50,659 nucleotides of DNA from a virus (taxonomy: Duplodnaviria; Caudoviricetes). A model generated the notes under the pieces. It had not been told where the DNA came from and searched no databases. It saw nothing but the letters and a program-made list of their open reading frames with translations. The stretch covers positions 1 through 50,659 of the IMG/VR virus record IMGVR_UViG_3300022699_000112; one strand, given 5' to 3'. Position numbers and translations under genes: made by a program. The first letter of the stretch is position 1; every line of letters begins with the position of its first letter. Positions 25,141-33,991 of the stretch are shown here, one piece after another.

Positions 25141-25592
25141 TGGGTAGGCGAAAGAAAAACAAGACCGTTAATTGGAAGAAACGTGCCGACGAGAATTGGA
25201 GTCTGGCTATCCGGTTGCTCCATCAGAAGTGTGAAATCTGCGGCAAGCCCGGCACTTTCCTTAAATCTGGATACAAAATCGGAGGTTTAAACGCCCATCA
25301 TCTTATCGGCAGGAGTCACTACAAGTTCCGGCATGACCTGAACAACGGCGTTTGCCTGTGTGTTCATTGCCACCACTTCAGAAAAGACCTTAGCCCACAT
25401 GCTGGGTCCATTATTGGTGTAACCAACTTCATCGAGTGGATGGCAAAGAATAAACCGGCACAGTGGGCTTGGTTTCTCCACTATAAGGACTCTCCTAAAG
25501 GTAAACCTGACCTGACCTACGAAGAAATATTTGTTTTTCTGCAATATGCTATTGACAACGGGTTCGTTCCCGACTACAATACCGATTACTAA
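25140..25592 (+). CDS. NinG/HNH-family endonuclease
   Basis: ADENWSLAIR, CEICG, AHHLIGR, NNGVCLCVHCHH. Confidence 0.8.
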   Translation: MGRRKKNKTVNWKKRADENWSLAIRLLHQKCEICGKPGTFLKSGYKIGGLNAHHLIGRSHYKFRHDLNNGVCLCVHCHHFRKDLSPHAGSIIGVTNFIEWMAKNKPAQWAWFLHYKDSPKGKPDLTYEEIFVFLQYAIDNGFVPDYNTDY

Positions 25593-25861
25593 TCCTGAAA
25601 ATGGTCTGTGGTAGACGTTATGGGAAAAAGCTCAAACGAGGTTGTACCTGTCAGCGGGGTACATGAGCCGGGGAAAACTGGATGGCGAAAGCTACTCCCC
25701 TCACATAATATAACTATCGAAGATATAAGGTTGGACAATAGCCATTAACCTAGGGTTATTAACTGATTGCTATATATAAGAGTATATTATTCTTTAATCT
25801 ATATGCTCTAAAATATACATCCAGTAAAGAACTCGGTCTATTTATTTTTAAGGAAAACACT

Positions 25862-26056
25862 ATGGATTCAGGTATTTCAATCACCAACGGATTAAATTTT
25901 GTAGAGTTTTTGGCCCTACTGCTTTTTATTCTGGTGGTGGCTATCTCGGTGGTAGTAGGCATAGTCTTACTTGTAATATTTCTTCCTCTGCTTCTCCTTT
26001 TGGAGGGGGTTGGCAAGATATTTCGGTTTTTCCAGAAAATGTTCTTGACTCGTTGA
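25862..26056 (+). CDS. Small hydrophobic membrane protein
   Basis: AAGGA RBS; ~35-residue hydrophobic stretch. Confidence 0.55.
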   Translation: MDSGISITNGLNFVEFLALLLFILVVAISVVVGIVLLVIFLPLLLLLEGVGKIFRFFQKMFLTR

Positions 26057-26073
26057 GCGAAAGTTGTTATTAT
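26045..26073 (+). promoter_or_regulatory. Sigma70-type promoter, leaderless transcript predicted
   Basis: TTGACT-N17-TATTAT with TGn extension; ATG 7 nt downstream at 26081. Confidence 0.7.
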
Positions 26074-26080
26074 GCCCTCA

Positions 26081-26374
26081 ATGAAAACCTTATTGGAAAA
26101 TGTCGTTACTATAGGCTGGGTAAATCAGGTGACTAAAGAACACAAACTAACACAGGACGAACGTATTAAGGCCCTAGAGCGGGATGTAGATTATCTCGAA
26201 GATAAAGTACACTGCCTTGTACACGGCCACTGGTTTGAAACTATCGGGCTTTATGGTCTGCATCAGGTTGTGGAGCAGTGTCAGACCTGCGGGAAAGAAC
26301 GTAAGAGAAAGCTTAAATGGTACGAACGCAAGGCTATCCGTACTTTGGGTCTACCTTACCGTTGGAGGGAATAA
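26081..26374 (+). CDS. Hypothetical coiled-coil plus Cys/His zinc-binding protein
   Basis: HCLVHGHWF...CQTCGK; start moved to 26081 because ATG 26072 lies inside the -10 box. Confidence 0.6.
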   Translation: MKTLLENVVTIGWVNQVTKEHKLTQDERIKALERDVDYLEDKVHCLVHGHWFETIGLYGLHQVVEQCQTCGKERKRKLKWYERKAIRTLGLPYRWRE

Positions 26375-26433
26375 CTCATGCGTGAAGTGGCTCGGTGGCG
26401 GGTTCGCAGAAAGCCTAAACGAAAGGGATAATA

Positions 26434-27006
26434 ATGTGTTTGACACGACACCACAAACAGGCTTGTTACATTAACCTCGACGATGTTCCAGAGGTATTTA
26501 CGGCATATAAAGTCGTCATAGCTAGGCGTGCCCAGTTCTGGCCTATGATATGGACAACAGAAAGGCCGTTTGAAGAAGTGAACCGTACGCCCGAAGAACC
26601 GGGGTATTTTTGCTTTTTGCTCGCCGAAGACGCGTTGGCAATACAGCGACAAATAGGGTTTATAACGGCAGTGCTGATGGTCACGGTACACAAAGCGGAT
26701 ATTATGCTGATAGGCTGGGACACGCTAAGAGATGGCTCGCCCGTAGTTACGCTAAGCCGACTTGATCTTAATATGAAAGACTTGGGCAATAATGTCTTTC
26801 GTGATCTTAGGACAGACCGGAGCGCCCTCCCCTTGCCAGAATGCTTGGCACGGGAGCTTATGGGTCGCGTAATAGACAATCGGGAGGCATTGAGGCAAGA
26901 GTGGAAAACCACGGCAAAACTAGCTGGTTTTATTAGAGAACCAGAGCCGCCACGCCCCCTATTAGAGCAGTGCCAAGAACACCGCAAATCCACAACAGGG
27001 CATTAA
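26434..27006 (+). CDS. Hypothetical protein
   Basis: 190-aa ORF with AAGGGA RBS. Confidence 0.6.
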   Translation: MCLTRHHKQACYINLDDVPEVFTAYKVVIARRAQFWPMIWTTERPFEEVNRTPEEPGYFCFLLAEDALAIQRQIGFITAVLMVTVHKADIMLIGWDTLRDGSPVVTLSRLDLNMKDLGNNVFRDLRTDRSALPLPECLARELMGRVIDNREALRQEWKTTAKLAGFIREPEPPRPLLEQCQEHRKSTTGH

Positions 27007-27068
27007 GAATTAAGGGGCAGATTATAAACTTTGCGATGAATTGAACCAAAAAACACTTTTGAAATGAA

Positions 27069-27317
27069 ATGGTACAGATAATGGCTTTTAGAGACGCTAA
27101 TCCTGATGAATATACTTTTGACCGTGGGATTTTTGTCGGCCTGCGGGGGCAGACGACTATAGATTTAATGTATATGGGACATCAGGAAATGTCGCAGGCA
27201 GACCTGAGATTTGCTGCCGCTTATATCCTAAATGCTGTGTGTACCGAGAGTGAGCTACCTTGGCATGAAGAAATGGAGTTTGTAGAGGAACAAGCGAAGA
27301 TGCTGGGGGATATATGA
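27069..27317 (+). CDS. Hypothetical protein
   Basis: ORF co-oriented with the block. Confidence 0.55.
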   Translation: MVQIMAFRDANPDEYTFDRGIFVGLRGQTTIDLMYMGHQEMSQADLRFAAAYILNAVCTESELPWHEEMEFVEEQAKMLGDI

Positions 27318-27327
27318 GGACCCATGC

Positions 27328-27558
27328 GTGGGGGACGAACAGATCGGAGAAAAAATAATGAAATTTACTGATGAAAATGGGAAAGTAAAGTCCATTGCTC
27401 TGTTGCTGACACTGATTAAGGCCCTACAGCTATTGGACGAGGTAAGCGGGATAGCGACTGATTCGGTTGAGTACAGTGATTGGCCGGAACTGCAAAAGGC
27501 CGTAGAGGAAGCGGAATTGTTTGCCAATGAGGCTCATCGAGCCATAGATGATATGTAA
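27328..27558 (+). CDS. Hypothetical protein
   Basis: ORF; likely start at 27358 after GGAG. Confidence 0.55.
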   Translation: MGDEQIGEKIMKFTDENGKVKSIALLLTLIKALQLLDEVSGIATDSVEYSDWPELQKAVEEAELFANEAHRAIDDM

Positions 27559-27664
27559 AAGGCTATTAGTGGCAGAGCGGGGATGCCTCTGCTTTTCTCC
27601 TGAGAGTAAGCACACTTTCCCCGCTGTTTTTTTGTAGGCGATAATCTGTGGAAGGAATCTAAGG

Positions 27665-27913
27665 ATGAAAGCTGAGACCCCACAAGACCCAACCTCCAAA
27701 GAAGCGAATCGCCTTATTAGGAGGCAGGCTATACGAGAAGCATGCGACCGTACTGCAAATTTCGTAGAGCAAGATACAGTAAAAAGTATCTTTGATTTAA
27801 TGACATACGACGAACAGAGGAGTTGTTTTATTTTGCCGATTGATCGGCTTCTTGGCGACAAAAGGATGTCTAGGGCGTACCATTTGTGGAGGGAATTTAA
27901 AGCTGGAGGCTGA
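27665..27913 (+). CDS. Hypothetical protein
   Basis: ORF with AAGGA upstream. Confidence 0.55.
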   Translation: MKAETPQDPTSKEANRLIRRQAIREACDRTANFVEQDTVKSIFDLMTYDEQRSCFILPIDRLLGDKRMSRAYHLWREFKAGG

Positions 27914-27969
27914 GTGCAACCTGCGGACATTGTAATGGAACACGCACAATTCGATATAAGGAATATGTT

Positions 27970-28299
27970 ATGAACGCTTTTGACGAGCTACAACTTCAAC
28001 TTCAAGACAATGAACACGTCGAGGGAATAGTTTTCGGTACATTCGGCTGGAATAGTTGGTGCCACGATGCACAGATAGTGCCAACCAACAAACAAGGGAT
28101 ACTAATGTCACTGGACAAAGCAAAGCCGTACCTTGAGCAATTCAAATTCCGTGGGGGGTATGGTTCACCGGACACGCACGCCGTTTATATTTGGACTAAT
28201 CTCTCGGTTTTCTTTGTGTCGATGTACGACGGAGCTACGGCCTTAGAACGCATACCCCGCAACCCAATGAACTGTATGCCAGAAAAATTTGGGGGTTAG
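27970..28299 (+). CDS. Hypothetical phage protein
   Basis: AAGGA RBS; GGYGSP...YIWT...YDGAT...IPRNP pattern. Confidence 0.65.
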   Translation: MNAFDELQLQLQDNEHVEGIVFGTFGWNSWCHDAQIVPTNKQGILMSLDKAKPYLEQFKFRGGYGSPDTHAVYIWTNLSVFFVSMYDGATALERIPRNPMNCMPEKFGG

Positions 28300-28401
28300 A
28301 CTTACGCCTGCCACCAAAATATCAAAAAAGCTAATCAAGGTTTGCGTGCTGCCAATGTGTCAAAAAGCACGTCGCGGGAGTTTTCGAGCTTTCTCCCAAA
28401 T

Positions 28402-28485
28402 GGCGGTACAGCGGATACGGCAAGCCGCAGCGGTCTGTAAAACCGTTCCCTGACCGGTGTGTGGGTTCGACTCCCTCTGCCGCCA
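28402..28485 (+). tRNA. tRNA-Tyr(GTA), CCA not encoded
   Basis: Acceptor GGCGGTA/TGCCGCC plus discriminator A; D stem GCGG/CCGC; anticodon arm GCGGT-CTGTAAA-ACCGT; long variable region; GGG-TTCGACT-CCC. Confidence 0.88.
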
Positions 28486-28528
28486 GAGTTCTTTTAAAAG
28501 TTGATATGCCTTTCTTATATGGGGGAAA

Positions 28529-28567
28529 GGGGGGATAGGCCGCACGAGACCTACCCCCCATCTTTTA
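28529..28567. terminator. Intrinsic terminator between convergent blocks
   Basis: GGGGG(A)TAGG...CCTACCCCC hairpin followed by TCTTTT. Confidence 0.6.
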
Positions 28568-28571
28568 ATAT

Positions 28572-29012
28572 TTAGGAAAAAAACCGGTTAATATCTCCTG
28601 TAAAGTATACTGAATATGTGTTGTCGTGATCTTGCTGTTCCAACACTTCCATTTCACATATCCCCCCGGCACCGAGACTTAGCGTGTACCAGTAGCTCGG
28701 GTATCTGATAGGGGTCAGTGTGGCCGTATAAATCGGGTCTAATGAGACACTTAAAGCAGAGCCGACCTCGTAGACAGTGTTCATACCCAGCGATTTAGCC
28801 GCTGAAATCTGCCGTTGGAGTTCGACCCCCAGAGCTTCGGGATTGCCCTTGGTCCTGACCGCAAGTTCTATACAATCCGTATCGTGTTCCAGCATGGATA
28901 CCACACGAATCATCGCGGATACCCCTTTTGGTTCCTTTACTTGAGGATGCAGTTCTCGTATCAGGGCTTCCAGTGATGTTAGTCGTTGCAGAATGTCCCT
29001 GTTTGAGTCCAT
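28572..29012 (-). CDS. Hypothetical protein
   Basis: 146-aa ORF, last in the leftward block; GAGG RBS. Confidence 0.6.
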   Translation of the reverse strand: MDSNRDILQRLTSLEALIRELHPQVKEPKGVSAMIRVVSMLEHDTDCIELAVRTKGNPEALGVELQRQISAAKSLGMNTVYEVGSALSVSLDPIYTATLTPIRYPSYWYTLSLGAGGICEMEVLEQQDHDNTYSVYFTGDINRFFS

Positions 29013-29014
29013 AA

Positions 29015-29221
29015 TTATTCCTCTCTAGCCTGTTCTAAAACAGACATAAGTTGTTTTAATTCATCCCGGCTGAACATAAAGTCCCGCAATGTCGGGTCGA
29101 AACCCGCTATCATCGAGATTATATCCTCAGCGGCTTTCTTTAGTGTGGGTTGCAGCTTCTCGCGGCGTGCGTCCCTCATAGCTTGTTCGTTCATACTGAT
29201 AATGGTTTCTAATCCAAACAT
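29015..29221 (-). CDS. Hypothetical protein
   Basis: Start placed at MFGLETII after AAGGGA. Confidence 0.55.
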   Translation of the reverse strand: MFGLETIISMNEQAMRDARREKLQPTLKKAAEDIISMIAGFDPTLRDFMFSRDELKQLMSVLEQAREE

Positions 29222-29264
29222 AAGTGTTTCCCTTTTCAAAAAGATGTTAATAAAGCTAAATATT

Positions 29265-29549
29265 CTACGACTCGTCGGAGTCCGGTGTTTCGGTGTCTTT
29301 CCAGAATTCGATAATTGTTTTACTTTCTTCGACATTGTTCTGAATCATTGACTCCAAACCCGCTTTAAGGAGTTTAACCCCCTCGGCCATTGCCAACGCA
29401 TCGGGGGCTATTTGGCGTATTTCCACGAAGCAGCGGTTTATCAAGACTTCGGCAATGTCGATATAGTCCATCGGGTCTAGGTCGATTCCCTCGCCCTGAA
29501 CATCGAAACTATCGTCTTCGCGGTGTAATTCAATTACTAGTTTTTTCAT
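29265..29549 (-). CDS. Hypothetical protein
   Basis: Overlaps the end of the upstream gene; co-oriented. Confidence 0.55.
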   Translation of the reverse strand: MKKLVIELHREDDSFDVQGEGIDLDPMDYIDIAEVLINRCFVEIRQIAPDALAMAEGVKLLKAGLESMIQNNVEESKTIIEFWKDTETPDSDES

Positions 29550-30069
29550 AAACTGATATCCAATCTCTAGGGGTTGTGGAGTTTTCTCCGAAATCTACAA
29601 CTACCAGTCTACCCCGCAGGCGGCCGATATTATTGCAATGCATATCGTTCAAGGGATATGATAGCATAGTACGGGCGTGTCGAACAAATGCTTGCCGTTC
29701 GCCTCTGACGATAAACTCCATGTCGGCTATTTCAGTGTAGTAACCATACCCCCGCCTTTCCGGGCAGTGGTATAAAAACGTCCTGTATCTCGTCATAAGT
29801 TCTTCAAAGTTTTGTCTAGGGAATTCCAACTCTACCATATCTCCTATTACTTGGGGGCCGAAACCCTTTTCGTAGGCTTCTTGTTGTGCGGCAAAGGCAC
29901 GTTGACATGAATCTTTGTCGGCGTATAATTTGAGTCCTACCGTGTCGGAGACAGGGATGAAAAAAGCCTCAATTCCAGCTTTAATTGAATCCCGGTCTTT
30001 GTATACGGCCTGTTTGTGAATAAATGTTTTTGAGTCCCCGTTCCGTTCTAAATAATGTAGAATCATCAT
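29530..30069 (-). CDS. Minimal protein-kinase-like (PKL-fold) protein
   Basis: VGLKLY (beta3 Lys), GFGPQV, catalytic-loop DMHCNNIG, VVVDFG; AAGGAG RBS. Confidence 0.72.
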   Translation of the reverse strand: MMILHYLERNGDSKTFIHKQAVYKDRDSIKAGIEAFFIPVSDTVGLKLYADKDSCQRAFAAQQEAYEKGFGPQVIGDMVELEFPRQNFEELMTRYRTFLYHCPERRGYGYYTEIADMEFIVRGERQAFVRHARTMLSYPLNDMHCNNIGRLRGRLVVVDFGENSTTPRDWISVYEKTSN

Positions 30070-30247
30070 ATCTCCTTTGATTGGTTTCTATTCTTGGCAT
30101 TATTCACCGCCTTTCACGATATGCTTATGCTGACATGGTTAATCAGCCAAACTATTACCTCTATTAGCTTCCAAACCCCCAATGGAAATGAAATGCACAG
30201 TAGAATAAATCCCACCATTATAACGCTGTACAAATCATCAAACATAA

Positions 30248-30661
30248 TCACTCACCGCCTTTCGCCAGTTCGGGGTTGTCGTGGCCATTTCCTATGACTG
30301 AAAAATACTTACAATTACCAGCCACCAACATTGCTCCGCTGCCTGTAAAACATAGGCCGCCGTTCTTGTATTCAACAAGCCTCGTGTAAGAAATACACTC
30401 GCCGTAAATGTCTTTCCCATAGTCCACGAAAACCACATCCCCCTCGTAAATCTCCCTGCCGTTCCTGTCTATCAGGCCCGTGAACTCGCCGACTGTTTCG
30501 GGGCCGACTTCATAAGCCTCAAAAACGGTATTAGGACTTGATGTGTCTAATGGCTGGCCTGAGTTCTGTACAAATCTCCTCCCGTCATATGTTTTTATAA
30601 GCGAGCCGTACCTCCATTTACCAGCCTCAATATCTTTACCCCTAAACTTTATCTCACGCAT
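30248..30661 (-). CDS. YopX-family protein
   Basis: MREIKFRGK...W.YGSL...ETVGEFTGLIDRNGREIYEGDVV...VIGN.HDNPEL. Confidence 0.9.
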   Translation of the reverse strand: MREIKFRGKDIEAGKWRYGSLIKTYDGRRFVQNSGQPLDTSSPNTVFEAYEVGPETVGEFTGLIDRNGREIYEGDVVFVDYGKDIYGECISYTRLVEYKNGGLCFTGSGAMLVAGNCKYFSVIGNGHDNPELAKGGE

Positions 30662-30908
30662 TGCGATCTCCTTTCGGCCTCCGGTGTATGTTACCTTTAG
30701 TGTCGATTTCGTCGCCCTCATAAATAAAATAAAGGGTTATTTTGTCGTATTTCTGAAAGAGTTTCTCGGCCCAACCCTTTTTCCGATAGAATTTTACGCA
30801 TTCTGGAAACGTCCCGTACATAGCTGGTAATCGAAAACGACCATCATTACACAAAAGTGCACCAGTACCGTCTTGTTTAACTATTATTGCTTTGAATTGT
30901 CTTGACAT
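30654..30908 (-). CDS. Hypothetical protein
   Basis: Coupled ORF. Confidence 0.55.
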   Translation of the reverse strand: MSRQFKAIIVKQDGTGALLCNDGRFRLPAMYGTFPECVKFYRKKGWAEKLFQKYDKITLYFIYEGDEIDTKGNIHRRPKGDRNA

Positions 30909-31132
30909 GGACAGGCTCCTGTATATTGTTTAACGGTCCACAAATACAAATAAAAGTCACCGAGCCGTAACCCCCCGCCGTATGGGGTTTTGGGCACCAG
31001 ATAATGTTCTGCACCGATTGAATCCACATAGGCGATCTCGGTCACAATACCATTAGTATTTACGTTGAAACGAATATTATGCTCCAAACAGTATTGACAA
31101 AAAAGCACAATATTCTTATTTATGTTGGTCAT
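30884..31132 (-). CDS. Hypothetical protein
   Basis: GAGGTG RBS; coupled ORF. Confidence 0.55.
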   Translation of the reverse strand: MTNINKNIVLFCQYCLEHNIRFNVNTNGIVTEIAYVDSIGAEHYLVPKTPYGGGLRLGDFYLYLWTVKQYTGACPCQDNSKQ

Positions 31133-31291
31133 TTTTGCACCTCACGTTTCTCTACATCCCATTTAGGACCTAAAAAGTATTGATATTCGTGCACCAGATG
31201 TCTCGCTTCGCCTTTTGAGTAGACGAGAGCCAGCAATTTAGTGCGTTTCTTTTTTCTTCTTTGGCGTTTTGTTCCAATTACTTCCCACATT

Positions 31292-31504
31292 TTATAAGAG
31301 ATTCCTTATATCAAAATGTGAATGTTCCATTACTATGTCGTAACAATCAGGACAAGCTAAGTGTCCTCGCGGGGTTATCAGCGAACACTCCACGCATATT
31401 TGCCGGTGGCACATGATACAGTAGAAGTATTTGGACACAATAGCTTCACAATAAGTGCATCGTTTACTTTGTAGGACTCGATTAGCTTTATACCCGGGAA
31501 CCAT
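31292..31504 (-). CDS. Small multi-Cys zinc-finger protein
   Basis: Four CxxC pairs (CTYC, CIMC, CVEC, CPDC); GGAGG RBS. Confidence 0.6.
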   Translation of the reverse strand: MVPGYKANRVLQSKRCTYCEAIVSKYFYCIMCHRQICVECSLITPRGHLACPDCYDIVMEHSHFDIRNLL

Positions 31505-31901
31505 GTTTCCTCCGCATAGCCATAAGTTGAGCACGTCCAGTTTTATATTCCTGCTCAATCGCTAAGTCCATAACCCCGTATTTCAGATACAGTTTACCAG
31601 CAATTTTCCAGAACTCTCTGTTGTGGACTTCTCGCCGTTTACCCGGTACTCGCGGGGTAAGTGTATCTCTTTTAGTTTGGTACTGGATAGCATGAGCCAA
31701 TTCATGCAAGAGAATCCACGTTGCAAGGTCAGACCGAACGTGATGATTATTAAAGGTCAGGTGAATCATATTCGTTCCAGACCTATAAAATCCACGATAG
31801 TAGTCCTCGACTTTGTGTGTTCGCAGCTTCAAGGTTGCCAGTGTGAACCCGTGGCTCGTTTGCACCTCGTCGACTATTTGATTTATCCATTGTGGAAACA
31901 T
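31488..31901 (-). CDS. Zincin (SprT/WLM-like) metalloprotease-domain protein
   Basis: ILLHELAHA followed by HNREFW; start at the TAATG overlap. Confidence 0.7.
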   Translation of the reverse strand: MFPQWINQIVDEVQTSHGFTLATLKLRTHKVEDYYRGFYRSGTNMIHLTFNNHHVRSDLATWILLHELAHAIQYQTKRDTLTPRVPGKRREVHNREFWKIAGKLYLKYGVMDLAIEQEYKTGRAQLMAMRRKHGSRV

Positions 31902-32104
31902 TATATCCCCCATTCTTCCAGTGCGTCCTCGTTTATTTCGCCGTTGTTCGATATGTAACCCGCTTCGATTAAGGCTGCGGCCTGTCGACCGTAACAGCCC
32001 TGCAAAGACCAAGCCTTACCATTCTCGATTAACTCGGCAAACAATTCAACCATTTCCCGCAGTTCAAGCTCGCCGTTTTCCCAAGCCATCATTTTGTCGA
32101 TCAT
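31901..32104 (-). CDS. Conserved small phage protein
   Basis: WENGEL...LIENGKAWSLQGCYGRQAAALIEAG motif; AAGGAG RBS. Confidence 0.65.
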   Translation of the reverse strand: MIDKMMAWENGELELREMVELFAELIENGKAWSLQGCYGRQAAALIEAGYISNNGEINEDALEEWGI

Positions 32105-32258
32105 GTTTATCTCCTTTGATAAAGGTTGTTATTTCGTCTCCGTTGTGGAGAACTATACGCCTGATTGTAATCCGGCCCGCTTTCTGTAGTATTATACGCA
32201 CCGGCTCGCGTGCAGGTTTAGTGTTACCAAAAAGTATTTCAAACAAATGTACGTTCAT
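32064..32258 (-). CDS. Hypothetical protein
   Basis: ATGA overlap with the upstream ORF. Confidence 0.45.
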   Translation of the reverse strand: MNVHLFEILFGNTKPAREPVRIILQKAGRITIRRIVLHNGDEITTFIKGDKHDRQNDGLGKRRA

Positions 32259-32449
32259 CGAGTTTCGTCCACCATAATATATAGTACTTTGTCGATATCT
32301 ATTTCCAGCATATCTTCCTCGCCGGTGATCTTCTCGATATGAACATAAAGAAGACCTCGATTGACCGCTGACCGTCCGATACTCCGTACGTTGCGGATTG
32401 TTTCACCGCCGAGAAGCCTAACACACATAAACCGATGTTGTTTAGCCAT
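32255..32449 (-). CDS. Hypothetical protein
   Basis: TAATG coupling. Confidence 0.55.
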   Translation of the reverse strand: MAKQHRFMCVRLLGGETIRNVRSIGRSAVNRGLLYVHIEKITGEEDMLEIDIDKVLYIMVDETR

Positions 32450-32643
32450 TATAGGTTCCTTGCGTCCTGTCCCGGGTTATCAAGACATCTTTGTACTATT
32501 CTATCGGCGGCTCGCCTTGCTTCATCTTTGGATATATATCCCATAGATATACTTCCACTTGAGAGCCATTTTATCGCATACATAGGCCCCTCGTAAACAA
32601 GGTACTCGCGGATAATGTAATATTCTGTTTCATATTTACCCAT
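32449..32643 (-). CDS. Hypothetical protein
   Basis: Coupled ORF. Confidence 0.5.
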   Translation of the reverse strand: MGKYETEYYIIREYLVYEGPMYAIKWLSSGSISMGYISKDEARRAADRIVQRCLDNPGQDARNL

Positions 32644-32812
32644 CTTGGGCCTCGACTTTCTTGTATTCGTGCCTCTCCTTATGACCGCACAGGATACAGG
32701 TTACAATGTTAACAATGTGGGTATATCCTACCCACAACTCGCTTTGGCGCTTTCCGAGACACCCACATTTAGGACAAATCAATACCCGATAATCTTCAAT
32801 CTTTACGTTCAT
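32636..32812 (-). CDS. 58-aa zinc-ribbon protein; not in the ORF track
   Basis: Hand translation MNVKIEDYRVLICPKCG...TCILCGHKE...; fills the gap with overlaps on both sides. Confidence 0.55.
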   Translation of the reverse strand: MNVKIEDYRVLICPKCGCLGKRQSELWVGYTHIVNIVTCILCGHKERHEYKKVEAQDG

Positions 32813-33321
32813 AATGCCTCCTGTAATGAGTATTTGCGTTTATACGATTTACCAGCGATACCTTTCTTGCGTGAAATAGTCCAGATTATCGCCTGATATT
32901 CTGCCGGGGCCAAACCACGACGAGAAGCATTGTGGATAATCTGTTGCTCCAATCGTTCACGCTGCCGAGGCGTCGGTTTTTTGCCGTGTTTGAAGTATCT
33001 ACAAATCCATACGTCAATTACAACAGCACGTTCGTCCCCTAGTATTGCATCGGCAAAAGCAGATACTTTTGGTCCTGAGAGCGGCTCGCCTGCCAGCACC
33101 CTGTCAACATTCTTGATATGAATTGGCAACATACCCACCCTGCTGTATTCACGACCTGCTTTATAGCTTTCATAAATCCGATGTGCCAGATTCAGATTGG
33201 GTCGTAATTGTTTGCGGGGTGATGTTGCTGCGATCAACCTAGTGACCAACACCCAATCAGGACCATATTTCTCCTGAAGATATTCTCTAGTGTTTTTGTA
33301 CCAATCTTTTGCCGGGTGCAT
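32809..33321 (-). CDS. HhH DNA-glycosylase-like phage protein
   Basis: WY...IAATSP...N...GPKVSAF...GD..AVVIDVW...YQAIIW. Confidence 0.55.
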   Translation of the reverse strand: MHPAKDWYKNTREYLQEKYGPDWVLVTRLIAATSPRKQLRPNLNLAHRIYESYKAGREYSRVGMLPIHIKNVDRVLAGEPLSGPKVSAFADAILGDERAVVIDVWICRYFKHGKKPTPRQRERLEQQIIHNASRRGLAPAEYQAIIWTISRKKGIAGKSYKRKYSLQEAL

Positions 33322-33322
33322 T

Positions 33323-33583
33323 TTATTTCTCCCCTATTGATATTAGGTAGTAATCCAAAGCCAGTTCAAGGCGATAAATAGTGTCTCCATATCTAAAATG
33401 GGCTGATAATATTCGCTGGCCTGTCATACATTTCTCGCGGAGGTAGACCCGATAGACCTCGAATTCATATTGCTGGCGGGTGATTGTTAGGTTATTGGTA
33501 CCGATAGCATTGTCAAGCACCTTTTCAGGTCCACTAAGTATTGTCCAACCGTCCGCTTTGAGTGATTCTATTATTTCGTACAT
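33323..33583 (-). CDS. Hypothetical protein
   Basis: Coupled ORF. Confidence 0.55.
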   Translation of the reverse strand: MYEIIESLKADGWTILSGPEKVLDNAIGTNNLTITRQQYEFEVYRVYLREKCMTGQRILSAHFRYGDTIYRLELALDYYLISIGEK

Positions 33584-33981
33584 AATTTTTCTGCTTTCTC
33601 GAAATACCCTACTATTGTGTGGAATAAGGTCGGGTATGTATCATTTAGTGTACCACGTTTAACGGCGGCAATATGTCGCCAGCCTAACAACAATATAGTT
33701 TTATGCTCAGGATACTCGTTTTTTTCTCGGATATCGACAAAATTCCAACCCCGCTTGAGAAGATATTTAAAGACAAAATCCCTTGAGATACCCTTTTCTG
33801 TATCGCGGCCGCCGCTGATATCAGACCATTGATTAAGATGAGCTTCGATATCTTTTTTGACTTCAAGATAATCCCGGTCTTCAGCAATCGCAACGGCTCG
33901 CGTTACACAATCGCCCACGTCTTTTGTTTTGTAGTATTTACTACGCCCTCCGTCGGAATAAGTCCATTGCTCAAAACGCAT
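33571..33981 (-). CDS. Papain/C39-like fold protein (putative Cys-His-Asp triad)
   Basis: DGGR...GDCVTRAVAIA...HIAAV..G...DT. Confidence 0.5.
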   Translation of the reverse strand: MRFEQWTYSDGGRSKYYKTKDVGDCVTRAVAIAEDRDYLEVKKDIEAHLNQWSDISGGRDTEKGISRDFVFKYLLKRGWNFVDIREKNEYPEHKTILLLGWRHIAAVKRGTLNDTYPTLFHTIVGYFEKAEKLCTK

Positions 33982-33991
33982 GATATCCCCT

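Noticed and set aside
28360-28561. Minus-strand ORFs 28331-28561 and 28360-28545
   Set aside because: They are the antisense of tRNA-Tyr and the terminator (WRQRESNP is the typical tRNA shadow translation)
22073-29549. Possible paralogy among small ORFs 22073-22357, 27069-27317 and 29265-29549
   Set aside because: Only a vague beta-beta-alpha pattern is shared, with too little identity to support by eye
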